The notes below the pieces were generated by a model. That model searched no databases, was not told the DNA's origin, and saw only the letters and a program-made list of their open reading frames with translations. A stretch of DNA of 64,000 nucleotides from Octopus sinensis (lineage: Eukaryota): the NCBI RefSeq assembly GCF_006345805.1, contig NC_043015.1, positions 1,116,001 through 1,180,000 on the forward strand, given 5' to 3'. Numbering within the stretch: the stretch's first letter is position 1; each line of letters begins with the position of its first letter. Below, piece after piece: positions 12,263-26,732 of this stretch. Position numbers and translations under genes: made by a program.

Positions 12263-14373
12263 AGGGTAGTTAACGAACCTGGCATGGGTGGGGCCCTGAT
12301 CAACTTGGATCAATCGAAAGCCTTTGATAGGGTAGACCATCGATACTTGGAGGCAGTCCTGAGAGCGGCTGGTTTCGGTCCCGTCTTCCGCGGCTGGATA
12401 GCTGCCTTGTACAGAGGCATCCGTTCGGTAATTCGCGTAAATGGACATCTATCGAGACCTTTCGACATTGCACGTTCGGTCCGTCAGGGATGCCCCCTCT
12501 CGGCGCTTCTATACGTATTGACTCTTGAGCCACTACTACGGAAGCTGGCGACTCTAAGGGGCATCCCGCGAGAATTGGGATGCGGGACGGGCGTGTCTGC
12601 ATACGCGGACGACATCACCGTCATAGTGTCTAGCCACGAGCACATCGAGCTGGTCGGCGAGACACTGAAAAACTACGAAGCGGTGACAGGAGCGAAAATC
12701 AACCGGGAAAAGTCAGTGGGCTTGCGACTAGGCACCTGGAGAAGCAAGCCCATGCCGTCCACCAGCGCCTCCGTCGTGGGACGCTGGACCGACGGTCCGG
12801 TTGAGTTGCTCGGGGTCTGGTTCGGTCCGGACCTCCAAGTGGAGAAGAACTGGAACGAGATAACGAGTAGGGTGGTCACTCTCGCCCGGCAATGGGCGAG
12901 AGAGGAAACTGTCCCTAAAAGGTCGAGCGGAGGTGGCGAAACGTACATCGCGTCCGTCATCTACTACCGCCTGACCGTCGTACCTTGTCCCGACCCTACC
13001 ATCACCAAACTACAACGCATCCTCTTTCGCTTCTTGTGGAAAGGATGCGTCCCGATGGTCAGGCGATCCATTTGCTGTCAACACCCGTTAAAAGGAGGGC
13101 TGGGCATGCCGTGGTTGATGATGCGCAGACACGTGCTGAGACTGCGACATCTCTGGCTCTATGTAGACGACGGTGAACAGGTGTGGTCGCCGTTGGTGAG
13201 GCACGCTTTCCCGCAGCTCGTCTCCATGACCGAACTGCAGTCGTGGATCAAAAAGAGGCCGAGGAAGGGCGAATGGCACCGCGAGTGTCGCGTTGCTCTC
13301 AAGCAACTCTGCCGTCCTGGGTCGACCTTAAGTGACTTCAACACAACCAAAGCATTCTATAGGGGTTTAGTGGAGGGGAGGTACGACGACGAGCTCGGGG
13401 CGAACCTGGACGTCGACGAGGAGTACCTGACCCGCCTGCTCGGGACGACTTTCGGGCCAGGGCCCATGGACAACTTCCGAGATCCCTGGCCTGGCAGTGC
13501 TACCGAGAAGCGCTACCCGTTCGGGATAAGCTCTACAGACACGGCTCGAGAAACAACGGGGCCGACCTGCCCGAGATGCGGTCAGAGCGACGAAACCGTT
13601 CTGCACGCACTCGTTCAGTGTCCAACAATTTCCGACCTGTGGGCTTATGTCGAACAACTGCTGTCACGTGTGGGACGAGTCGGTTTATCAGCTGAGTCTA
13701 TCGTCAATATTGTCACGCCTCCTTCCTTCAAACGGGAAGGAAGAGCTATTTTCATCATCCTTGTGGCTATGGCGAAAGAATGTATCTGGTGGACGCGTCT
13801 GAAAGGATTGGAGACAAACACTTTCCTCTCTGGTCAATCTCTCATCAACTTCTTCAAGTACCACTTGAAAAGGAAAGTAGAGTAGAGAGGCAATTTTTGT
13901 CTAGCGAATGTTTTAAAAAAAGATGGGTGAATGTTGCAAGAATGGCACGTATGAATGACGAAGCCACCTTGAGCATAGTCCTATGAACCAGAAATCGAAA
14001 ACAGAGAGTTGCTTATTTTCAAAAAAAAAAAAAAAAAAAAAATAGGAATATAAAATGTGACTTCATTGACCGAGGTTACCGTGGTCTTTTCCGTAGGCTT
14101 TTCGTTCCACGGGTAAACCTCACCTGTCCTCCCCTTTACACTTCATATTGACATTTCTGTGATAACGATCCCTATTGATCAATTTTGTTTTCCTCTCCCC
14201 CCCCCTTTTTTTTTTTAACCCCCCTTTTTTTGTCCTCTTTCTCTCCTTTTACGATCCCTTTTGATCGAAACTCCCCCTTCCTTTTTTTTTTTTTTTTTTT
14301 AAACCTTCAAAAGAAAAGCTCTACCTTGTAATTTGTTCTATCTGTGTGCAGCCCTGTGTGGCTAATAAAGAAA
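12263..14373 (+). mobile_element. 5'-truncated Tx1/L1-clade non-LTR retrotransposon (ORF2 RT + C-terminal zinc-binding region + 3' UTR)
   Basis: RT motifs LDQSKAFDRVDH, VRQGCPLS and AYADD; GGLG motif; CPRCGQSDETVLHALVQC. Frame-corrected C-terminus ends at TGA 13986. 3' UTR has A22 (14021-14042), pyrimidine tracts and AATAAA (14364-14369). Visibly GC/CpG-richer than the flanks. Confidence 0.92.
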
Positions 14374-14377
14374 CATA

Positions 14378-14433
14378 TATGTCTATCTATCTAACTATCT
14401 ATCTATCTATATATATGTATGTATCTATCTATC

Positions 14434-14500
<67 letters not shown>

Positions 14501-14510
14501 GTATCTGTCT
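14378..14510. repeat. (TATC)n tract, 3' flank of the Tx1 LINE
   Basis: Direct reading. Confidence 0.95.
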
Positions 14511-15279
14511 GTATATAGAATTATAAAGAGAGACATATATATACACAGACATATAAGTATACCTACGCTTATATATTAATTAATACATAGGTAGATAAAC
14601 AGATATGAGCTTTCGTGTGCTTCAATGTGTGTGAATTCTCGTAATTAATTGTCCAGGGTGCGCTCGTTTTTCATTATCCATCAGTATGTATATTGATATA
14701 TAACATAATAATACTTATGTATTAATCAATATTTTTTTGTATATGAATAATTATTTTCCTTTACAGAAAAAAAAACAGAAATATATAAAGCAAAAATGAA
14801 TAAATAAACTGAGATGCAGAATTACATACACTTCCAGAGATAAAAAGGGACTCTATTACACTCATTACACAACCCTTCTTAAATTATCACACATACACAC
14901 ACTAATATAGACACACAGACATATTTGCATTTTTTACGTTCGAGAAAGGGTTCGCATTAGTTTATATTAGTACGTTTATGTGCGTAAATATGAATATATA
15001 TATACACAGGCGCATTCACACACATACATAGAAACAAACACACGTATATATATATCTATATATATACATTTATATATATATATATATGTTTATATATATA
15101 AATATAACCAAACACTCTTAAACAGACTCGACCACTCACACATACATACACAGACATGTATTTACTTCTGATTGTGTGTGTGTGTGCTTGTGTATATACA
15201 AATAGGTGCTTTCTATAGACACACCAACCAACATGTAATTATTATTCAATGCACGCACAAAATTTCCTATATATGAATA

Positions 15280-15291
15280 CATACATATATG

Positions 15292-15337
<46 letters not shown>

Positions 15338-15532
15338 ATATATATATGGGCCTGTATATTTGTATATATATATGTGTGTGTGTGTGTTTGTAGGTGTATA
15401 TGTATATATATATATATATATATAATATATGCTTAATTATGCATATCTCTCACTATATATATATATATATTTACACACGAACTTCACGAACTTCACAACA
15501 CACACACACACGCACAAACATACACACACACA

Positions 15533-15599
<67 letters not shown>

Positions 15600-15946
15600 A
15601 ATATATGTACGTATAAATATATTCTGTGTGAATACACAGAATAAAGTAAATATTGGAATGTACGTCTTTGTTCATATTAAGCATGATGCACGCAAATATA
15701 TATATATATATATATACACATACATGCATATATATATACACATGTATGCACGTTCGTGTGTACACTGAGGCTCATACAGTCTGGTACATATTATGCATAG
15801 GGGCAACTACGGGTTCATATTCATATTTTAAAATACACAGACACTCACATATTTAATACACACACGAACACACAAAAACACGCATATATATTTATATTCA
15901 TATTCATGTATACACACACACAGATATTTGTATTTATATACTACAT

Positions 15947-16021
<75 letters not shown>

Positions 16022-16284
16022 CATACATATATATATATATATATATATGCCTGCACGTATCTGGATATATATATATATAATATACACAAATATGTATACA
16101 CCACGCAGACACACACCACCCACACACACACACCCACACATTATATATATATATATATATTATATATATACATACATATATATATATATATATATGCCTG
16201 CACGTATCTGTATATATATATTATATATATATATTATATATATATATATATATAGATATATGTATATATTACATATTATGCATG

Positions 16285-16331
<47 letters not shown>

Positions 16332-16517
16332 TTATACATATACATCTATATATAATGTATATATATATATCTTCATATGTAATAAATACATATAATATAT
16401 ATACCTACGGACAACAAATATGTATATACATGACACACACATACACACACACACACACACACACCACATATATATATATATATCTATATATAATATATAT
16501 ATATATATACATATATT

Positions 16518-16563
<46 letters not shown>

Positions 16564-16931
16564 TATATATATTATATACTATATATATATTATATATATA
16601 TGTATATAATACATATATACACTATTTGTAATAGGCCGCGCGTTTTCGCCTCGTTTTAAAGACCGCTGGTCATTGTTAGAAAAGAACGCCTCTAACAGCT
16701 GCAGCAACAGCTGCTTTCATATACGATTGTATAATATAAAAGTGGTTATGATATATTTTTACTCATATATTTGTGCATGCTTTCTCTTTCACATAGTCAT
16801 AAAAAATGAACTTAATGTAAGTTTTGCAACTGCATGCGCGCCCCCGCTCACGTATGCACTTTGACATTCGTCCGTACACACAGTGCTGGTGCATATGTTA
16901 CATACTACCATATTAATCTCATTTTAGCTTC

Positions 16932-16987
<56 letters not shown>

Positions 16988-17168
16988 CAATATAACATTT
17001 AGGTGTGTTGTATATATAATATTGATATGTATCAAATTATATTTATATACATACATTCATTTATATATGTATATATATGCATATATATACATGTTTATAT
17101 ATATATATATACATATAATATATATATTTAAACACATATAATTTATACATATATATAGGCAATGATTT

Positions 17169-17202
<34 letters not shown>

Positions 17203-17205
17203 GTA
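15280..17205. repeat. Compound (TA)n/(CA)n microsatellite field
   Basis: Direct reading; interrupted by a GC-richer island at ~16620-16900. Confidence 0.9.
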
Positions 17206-18457
17206 AATTAATCAAAATAAAATAAAAACATGATGCGAATGATTCAGCGGTACATATGTTTCGGGCCTTTATTAGACAGATTTATAACAATGCATAATGT
17301 ATGTCTGTGGCCTTCTTCAGCCGCGCACAACAGCTTCCACAAGGACATGTGTTACATCAAAAATTCTTGGTTGGGGATGCAATTCCTCTCATTCACGTAC
17401 GACATAATGCGGCAGCAGCATAGAATTGAAGCGTCCATCTCTTTCTTCTCTCAATGTTGATGGGGAAATTGGATGTTGAGGTAATGTAAATAAATAAATA
17501 CATATATAGAGGTGAAGATGTAGGGGCGAGAGTTCGGGACGAGGGATAAAAAATATATAAAAAGTGTAAGTATAGATAATATAAAAATGTAGAGGATAAA
17601 GATATAAAGAGTTGTAAGGAGATGTAAGGGGGTATAAAGAAATATAAAAAATATAAATAAACGTAAAGGCATAAGGTTATAAAGTAAAAATAGAAATAGA
17701 AATAAAAGTAAAAAAACCTGATAAAAAAATGATAAAAGTGTAAAAGAATGTAAAGATAAGGGATGTATAGAGGTTACGGACCAAGCATGGTGGTCAGGAG
17801 ATTGATAAAATTTAGTTGTAGAATTGTCAGTAAATCAACAGTTTCGTCTGGGGACTTAATGCGTTGTAAATCAGAGCTGATGAGCATTTAATCTGGTTCC
17901 TTGAATTAAATGGACTCTAGTACATACATATCATCATGGATACATACACCCACATACACGCGTACATATACGCCTCCAAGCCTATAAGCATACACACGCA
18001 CTCGCGTGTAACACGTACATAAACACACACGCACCCACACGCCACGCGCGTACACACACATACATACAACAGAATATCCGCATATATACACGGACATTAC
18101 GCGCGTACACGCTCACATGTATATACGCGCGCCCATCACTACATACACCCACGTATATGCCCACGCCTCTAGGTCTAGGTATAAGATATTAAAGGATGTG
18201 TATAATAACGTATGTAAAGAATCCCGTACTCATGTTAATACGCGCACGCACACACGGCGGTGTGTCCGTATGTGCGTGCACATATACACTCATACACACA
18301 CACAGAGACACACGCGCACATGGGTATAGCTATAAGATATCGAAGTATGCATACCCCGAATTTCTATATATATATGTATGTATATTTATATTTCTGTGAT
18401 TATGTATGCATGTATATTTATATTTCTCTTTCTCTCTCTCTCTCCTCTCTCTCTCTC

Positions 18458-18509
<52 letters not shown>

Positions 18510-19910
18510 TTATATTTTCGTAATCTTCCTAGTGGTCGGAGAAATATCAGGTCTCCTGAATTTGATAATTCAATAGCGTTTGGATTTTATTCTGAAGTGA
18601 ATTTAATAGCTTTATAGTATGTCATAGTCTTTGCAATAACACAGCATAAAATTTATAGCTGTTATTACTTTGAATGGTGCCGATATATTAATTAATTTAA
18701 CTAGAAGCATTAACCATGGATCTTCTATAGATTTCACAGGAATTTAAATTTAAAAGAAGACCTTAGAATATCCTATAATGCTATAAAGAACATCCAATGG
18801 ATTAATAATTTTCAAATGAAAAGAGAATTAAGTTGAATTATAATTGTAGATCAGTAGCTATTTTAAACGGATTAAATTAAGCGCGCACATATAGTTGTAA
18901 CAAAAATGAAAGATTTTAATTTGAAAATGCCACAAAGTTTTAGATAAATCAAAAGTAAATATCAACACGATTCTCTGATTTGGCAAATTTCACTTCTAAG
19001 CGTGGCAGGAATCTCCGTGTTAACGTTTAAGTATGTTTAGGTGGAGGAATAATGCCTCACCGAGACATGAGTATAGCGCATAATGACCATGCATTTGATA
19101 GAGATTTGAAAATTTGGAGATAAATTCTGAGTGAACGCTACATGGTGGGTAAATATACATTGCAGAATTTAAAAGTTGAGGACATATTTCTCAACGGATA
19201 CAGGTCATCCAACGTTGCAATTCATTGTTTTGAAGATCTTAATTTTCTCTGGCTAACTTCTGAAATATGCTAAATGTGACTTCATTAAGATATAATACAC
19301 TCACATAATAAGTAAGCTATCAATTAAGTTTAGGATTGTAGATTACAGTGTAATGAAGATCAGTTATTTTTTTAGAAGAGCATTGCATTTGTAGCACAAG
19401 CAATATTGTTTTTTTTTATTTGTGCTTTAGATTATTTTTAGACATATATAACCTTAATATTGACTCTATCATATGCGTTTCTACACATAGTTGGACTCCA
19501 GTAACTCTTCTAAGCTGAAGACATACAATTCATTCATTCCAGAGTTCTATTTCGAATACTGTTTTGTATAATACGTAGATACATTATATTTATTGCTGGT
19601 TTTTGTCATTGAACGTTTCCCTTATGTGTGTGCATATATATATATACAGAGAGAGAGAGAGAGAGAGACAGAGAGAGAAAAACAGAGGTAATAGTGTCAG
19701 GTAATGCTGAGTAAGTGCTATGGATCGTCCATAGTTAAGCTCCAGGTTCGGTGATTACGCGAATAAGGAGTTCAACGTAGGTCATATAAAAGCATGTGAA
19801 TATATAAAAATTACTTTTTCAGGGTGAGATAAAAGATCTTCACAGCCTTGGTTATTTATCTCATTCTGAAGAAATTTATATATATATATTCTTTATATAT
19901 ATATTCTTTT

Positions 19911-20158
19911 ATTCGTTTACTTAGTTCAGTCACTTGATTGTGGCCATAATGGAACGTCATCTTCAAGAGTTTTCGTCTAACAAATCAACCCTTAGATATT
20001 TTTTAAGCCAAATACTTGTTTTATCCGTCTCTTTACCGAACAGCTGATTTACGGGAAAGTAAGCACATCAGCGTCTGTTGTCAAGAGGTGATGGAGGAAC
20101 AAACACAGACACAAAGACACACACATAGATTCACAAAACATATATATATGCATATGCA

Positions 20159-20198
<40 letters not shown>

Positions 20199-20289
20199 TA
20201 TATATTATATATATTATATATATATATATATACATAGTATGTATATATACATATATATATATACATATATATGTATATATAGGTGTGTG

Positions 20290-20354
<65 letters not shown>

Positions 20355-20465
20355 ATATGTATATGTATAAATACTAGGCTTACAAAGGGTAAGTCCCTCT
20401 TTCGATTCCTTCGACTAAATTAGGTGCTCCAGCGTGGTCGTATTGAAGTGACTGAAACAATGAAA
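19911..20465. mobile_element. Two decayed SINE B 3' halves in opposite orientation around a (TA)n/(TG)n tract
   Basis: 19911-20125 matches the B tail on the minus strand; ~20370-20465 (ctaggcttacaaag...gtgctccagcgtgg...tgactgaaacaa) matches it on the plus strand. Confidence 0.65.
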
Positions 20466-21543
20466 TTTATGGTGTATTCATTAGAAAATATGATGGGCAT
20501 TTTTTGACGCTTATGTGCCTCTTCATCTTCTGTTTAAATTGTTATACTTTTTTACATCAACTTGCTCGCTCCTTCGGTTGTAGTAAAAAAGAGACGGGGC
20601 AATATCTTTCGACGCATGAGATAGATCGAATGATTACAGCTGAGTGTATAATATTAACTAAATCTATCCAAAGTTGATGTAATAGTTTATCAACAGGTGA
20701 TGGGTGAAAACTATTACCTACGAATTGTTAACTTGACTAGCTGTTTTGGTTCATTCCCTGCTTCATTCCCTGAGATTAATTTCACAGCATATTGTTTATT
20801 CAAAGACGAGGGTAGAATATATCTACCTAATTCTCCAACAAGCGGTTCCGAACTGAAGATAAAACTGTATAGTTGCAAAAAGATATTATGAATGACGCGT
20901 CAAGATTTTGTTAAATAAACTAATGGCAGTGAAAAATCAGAACCTATAAAACCTCGAAAAAATGCTTTATGGTTATTTATTCGGGCTCTTTAAATTCTCA
21001 GTTCAAATTAAACCTGGGACAATAAAATACTGGTTTCTATAGTATTTATTGACCACACCAAGTGGCCTAATGTCCAAATCTGAAGCCAATTTGATAGATA
21101 CCCTAGTAGTACTAAGATTTCAATATAGTATGGAATTTGGTTAATTCCAATGGCAATGGTATATCTAGCGATTCTCTCAAATCGACTTACTGTAATATTA
21201 GTGTAATTTCGTGAGATACGAATATTAAATAAACACAGGAAACTCTATTATCTAATTAAAGACGGAAATATTGCTGAATGTAAACAAAGAATTGATGACG
21301 AAATTCTAAGAGACATTTTTGCTTATGTATTTTTTGTTTAGTTGCTTTGCGTTTTTGTTTGCTATTTCTTACGTATCATTATACATCGTATGTTTCATTA
21401 ATAAGTTTGAAAGCTGGTGTGCATATGAGCATACACGCGCAGAATTGTATAGAGATAATTCACATAAGCACCTACATACAGTGACAAACATGCACACACG
21501 TATAAATGTTTGCAAACATATCTTTCTACATGTGTATATATGC

Positions 21544-21610
<67 letters not shown>

Positions 21611-22443
21611 CATACATATATATATATATAAATATATGCATATGCATTAAAATATATATATATATATGCATATATATACACACATAGATACATATATGCA
21701 TGCATACGTACATACATACATACATACGACGTTCTCGCCAGACTACGAGCATACATAATTGAACAGGCCTCCAGTCAATATGATTAGATAAGGAACAATA
21801 TGAATTCTTCTTTATTTTCCGTGATCTCTTAGCGATTTACTCCGTCTACCATTTATCCAGTATACGTTCATCATATATTTTTATAGTCAGATTATATATA
21901 AATAAAATATGTAAACGTTAAAACAAGAACATCCTAGCATTGGCTGGAATCGTTTATTTTCTTTTACTGCATGTATTTTATATGATTATTTTTCCACTGT
22001 CTTTTTCTTATATTTGTAATTAAAGGCTTTGTTTCATTATTGATGTCGTATTTGTAGTGACAGGCATTTCCAATAGGCTGAAATTATATACATCAAATTG
22101 CATGTAAACATGTAGTTCTCATTACATTAGGATGGCAGGTACAGAAATAGGGAGTACGAAAGAGAGAGAAAGAGATAGAGAAAAAGATAAAGACAGAGGG
22201 AGAGCAAAGTGTCTTAATCACACATATACGTATACATAAATGTTCCTCGTTTTATTTCTATTTGTATGTTAATTTATCTTATTTCTAAATTTGTTATTAA
22301 CTTTGAGTAAAAATGTGGGCATTTTTTGTTTAAATATGTGTAATAAATTGATTTATATCTCTATATTCTCCATTTACTTCTTGTTTATCATATTACATAC
22401 ACACACACACATACACACACACACCACACACACACACACACCA

Positions 22444-22481
<38 letters not shown>

Positions 22482-22532
22482 ATATATATATATAATATAT
22501 ATATAAATGTACATATACACATACACACACAC

Positions 22533-22748
22533 ACATTGTGAGCGCGTGTGTACCGTTGTCAATCTTTTCCTCCGTCTTCCCTTCTTTGGATCTTTCCTTT
22601 TCCTATGCTTCTGACGAAGAGCTCCGCTCGAAACATTAAATCCTCCTTCTTTCCTTCTTTCCTGAGCGTCCAATAATACTATACTTGTTCCACATCCTCG
22701 CGTTGTTGTGTTTTCTCTTTGTGTTTTCATGTTTGGATTAACTTTATA
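22533..22748 (+). mobile_element. Short element family P5 with hammerhead-like motif at 22608-22640
   Basis: CTT CTGACGA A GAGC-TCC-GCTC GAAAC ATT AAA. A homologous copy lies on the minus strand at 45095-45307. Confidence 0.7.
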
Positions 22749-24633
22749 CATATATATATATATATATACATACAAATATGCATATATATGATACATACAT
22801 ATATATGCCTTTAACTCTCTCTCTTTCTCTATCTCTCTCTTTCTATTTCTCTCTCTCTCTCTCTACATATATATATATATATATACATACATATAAACAC
22901 ACTCTCACACGCACATGCACACACACGCGTACTCACACATACACACACATGCACATATATACATACCGGTATATAGGTGAGTATATGCATACGTTTGTGT
23001 GTGTAGTCCTCTATGTGTGTGTGTGTGTGTATGCGTGACTCCATTTTAATGATAATTATCATAACCCAAAGAAATAAAATTTCAGCTAGACTTTTCTTAC
23101 AAAATTTTAACATTCTAGCAAAATATTTCCACAAACTTACTGAAAGAACATATGGCTTTTAACCTTGTGTAATTATGTAAAAAATAATCCTCAAAACTTT
23201 GGCGTAATGAAGCCTTCATTATTATTATCTTTAGAGAATATTTGCAACAGAATTTTACTAATGCAAGTTTTGTTGAGTAATGCATTTTCTGTTCCATATG
23301 AATTGATCTTACCGGTTACATTAAATTTAATTCATATTCTTTCAATTTCTTTCTTGCTCTCGCATTCTTATTCTTTGCATTTACCGTATTTAAGGATAAA
23401 AAATGTGATAAAATATACGTTAGTGTTAAGTATTATGACATTCATCATAAACATTCTGAGGGTTCGTAATACAAGCGGGAAATTCTTCTCTGGATTGTGT
23501 CAAATAGCAATATTATGAAACAGACATTAGCAGTCTGTCTTGATATTTTTTTGATTCGAATGGGTTCATTTCATATAGTTTTAGGAAGGCCGGCTTCTGA
23601 GCTAGTTTCACTGTGGTCGTTGAATCAGCTTGAAATAATAGCTAAATCTACTTCAAATTAAATGCCATCATTGTTCTGTGTAGTATTTCATATGTTGCTT
23701 ATTAAAAGCCTTACGTTTCGATAGTTGGTCAGCTTCAACAAATATTTATGGCACCAATAATACTTGTTCACTTACTAAATGATGAACTTGAGCAAAAGAG
23801 ATCTCCTCTGTGTAGGCATTCCCCCAGCAAGAAATTTCCATTAAATACGTCAAAAATAACATATCCAAGTATAACAAAAATTAATATGTAGATACATTGC
23901 TGAAAATAAAACGGATGTCATATTCACAGCTGGAAGGCATTTCAACAATACGTATTCTTGGTAAATACCTCACGGTAGTTCAACAGGACATCATAAGACC
24001 CTGTTCAAAATACACTGAGAAACAATGATAACAGTTAATTTATTTACAGGTCATTTTCAGGTATAGTATAAGAAGATACATTCAAAAATTTTATTGACTT
24101 TTTTTTTACAAACTCATCTCAGACATTTTTAAAATGGGTAAAAATCATCAAGAATAGTATGGCATATATATATATTATGTATATTAAGTAACACTTCCTG
24201 TGCTAAACGGACACATTTTCATCATAAATATGTAATCTAGATATGTTTGTGTGCGTGTGTGTTTGTGTCTGTGTGCGCTTCTATATGTGTTTATGTGTGT
24301 GAGTATGAAATGTAGGTATTCATCTCTTTTCTTTTGACTAGTTTCAGTCTGAGATTTGCGGCCATGCTGGGGCTCAGCCTGTTTGCTTTGCTACACTTTC
24401 ATTACCTGAATCCTTCTCTGATATGCTACATTTGGTGAATAAGAGTATGATTTTGTTACTTTCAACACACAAACATAGGGTAATATACACACGAATACAA
24501 ACGTAGAACATACTCACACACACACTCACACACACACGCGCACACACACTCACACACATACGCACACACACACATATATATATATATGTGTGTATAAATA
24601 TACATATATATATACATATACATATATAATATA

Positions 24634-24739
<106 letters not shown>

Positions 24740-26050
24740 CATACATATGCGTCGTGTGCGTGTGTTTATATATATGCCAAGGACACTTTCGATGCATACA
24801 TCGTGAAAATTAAACATGAATGTTGTCATATATAATCCTCATAGATCGACCTTCCACAAACAAGGAACTGTTATTAACTTACGCCGCATGTCCTACTGAA
24901 CATTAGGTTATGGCAGATTGTATAATAGAATGTCATAATAAGAGGTCCTATAATTACGATTGTATAGCACCATTCTTGTTCAACACAAGGTACTCAATAC
25001 AATTGTTCTGTAATATAATATCTAATTTTCATATACGTTATCCTCTTCTCTCACTGTATTTCTCAACATCACTTTATATCTCACATCTGTCATAACATAT
25101 CACCTCACATTATCGCGTATCATCTTATCTGCTATCCATCACTTTTCATTCCCTTATAACAAAGAAGACCAGGATCCCTCACCACCACTACCACCACTGT
25201 TATCGCTACCACCACCGCTGCAATGGCGATCATCTTCATGAATGACTGCGAATCATTGTTGTTTCATCATCTTGTACCATTCTCATCAATAGTTATCTTC
25301 CCTTTCTTCTATGTTACGTGTAGCTAACCCTTCTGTTGTTTATATTCGCTTGTTTAAGTTACTGTTGTCCCTCAGTATATACTGTTGTCGTTCATGCTAT
25401 TTTTGTTACTTCTAGTATTGTTTTTGTAGTTATTGATTTATATAGCTTTCATCGTTTTTATCGTAGTGTCCACTACTGCCATTACCAATTTCAACATTGC
25501 TATTATTGTTGAGCATATAATGCGTTTGATAGTTTAGGGTCTGTTTAGTAAGCAGGAAAAAGTGATTAACAAAGTCAACGTGACCAACGTAGGAGTGCAA
25601 AAGAAAGACCGCGAATTTGAACGAGCAACCCGAAAATCGGCCAAAAACCAACAAGGAGAGAACGGGCAGGGTTAGATAATTAGGGACTTAATACAAAACC
25701 CAGAGCTGATATGCGACGTACTTCAATGAGCGCACGTTATCTTTAACGAAACATAGATTTGGCTGCCATATTGCATAGGTCTAATGACCACGTAGGGTCT
25801 CATTCCCATAAAGTTGTTCTTTCTTTGGTCTATTCCATTAAAATTTTAATCCATTAAATTTTTACAATATATATATATATATGTGTGTGTATGTGTGTGT
25901 GTGTGTGTGTGTGTGATATTTGTGAATATATATAAATTCACTGATTCCTATATTCTAACAAAATTTTACCCAAATTAATGCAGCAGTAGAAACAGAGGGA
26001 GCTGGAATGTCAGAAGTACAGCCTATAGTATTATTTTCTGTATTCGAACT

Positions 26051-26491
26051 AAGGCGGCGATGTAGAAGAATCGTTAGCACACCGGACAACATGTTTACGT
26101 ACTTAGTTCAAATTCCGCCAAAGTCGAATCTACATTTCATCATTTCGGGGTCTATGAAATAAGTACCAGTTGAATACTGGGATCGCTGTAATCGTCTGTC
26201 ATTTTTCCTCAACATTTCAGGCCTTGTACTTTTAGTAGAAATGAATATTAATATTGTGGTTGCATTAGTTGGTACTGTATTCATTCTTGCCCATTTTATA
26301 TATATATCCATTTTAATATTGGTCTTCTTTTCTAAGATGGCAGCAGCGATAGCATTTCTTGCAAAATTACTTAACCGTATATCGTCCGACTTAACAATCT
26401 GCGTTCGAATTCTGGCGAGATCGATTTTGCTTTTTACCATTTCGCTGTCGATAAAATTAGTACCAGTTGAACACTGGGCTGAATGTAATCG
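26051..26491 (+). mobile_element. Two tandem decayed SINE A copies (26051-26245, 26335-26491)
   Basis: Both show the head, the gttcaaatt/gttcgaatt B-box region and the aagtaccagttgaa(t/c)actgg core. Confidence 0.7.
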
Positions 26492-26500
26492 TGTTATCTT

Positions 26501-26732
26501 GTTTCTTTATTACCCACAAGGGGCTAAACATAGAGGGGACAAACAAGGACAGGCAAAGGGATTAAGTCGATAACATCGACCCCAGTGCGAAACTGGTACT
26601 TAATTTATCGACCCCGAAAGGATGAAAGGCAAAGTCGACCTCGGCGGAATTTGAACTTGGAACATAAAGACAGACGAAATACCGTTCAGCATTTCGCCTG
26701 GTGCGATAGGGATTCGGCCAGCTCTCCACCTT
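26501..26732 (-). mobile_element. SINE family A, full length (tail type 1)
   Basis: Close reverse-complement match to the 39424 and 53307 copies. Confidence 0.9.

Noticed and set aside
25430-25654. 74-aa minus-strand ORF with a plausible internal splice acceptor
   Set aside because: Runs into degenerate trinucleotide-like low-complexity sequence; no recognisable domain.
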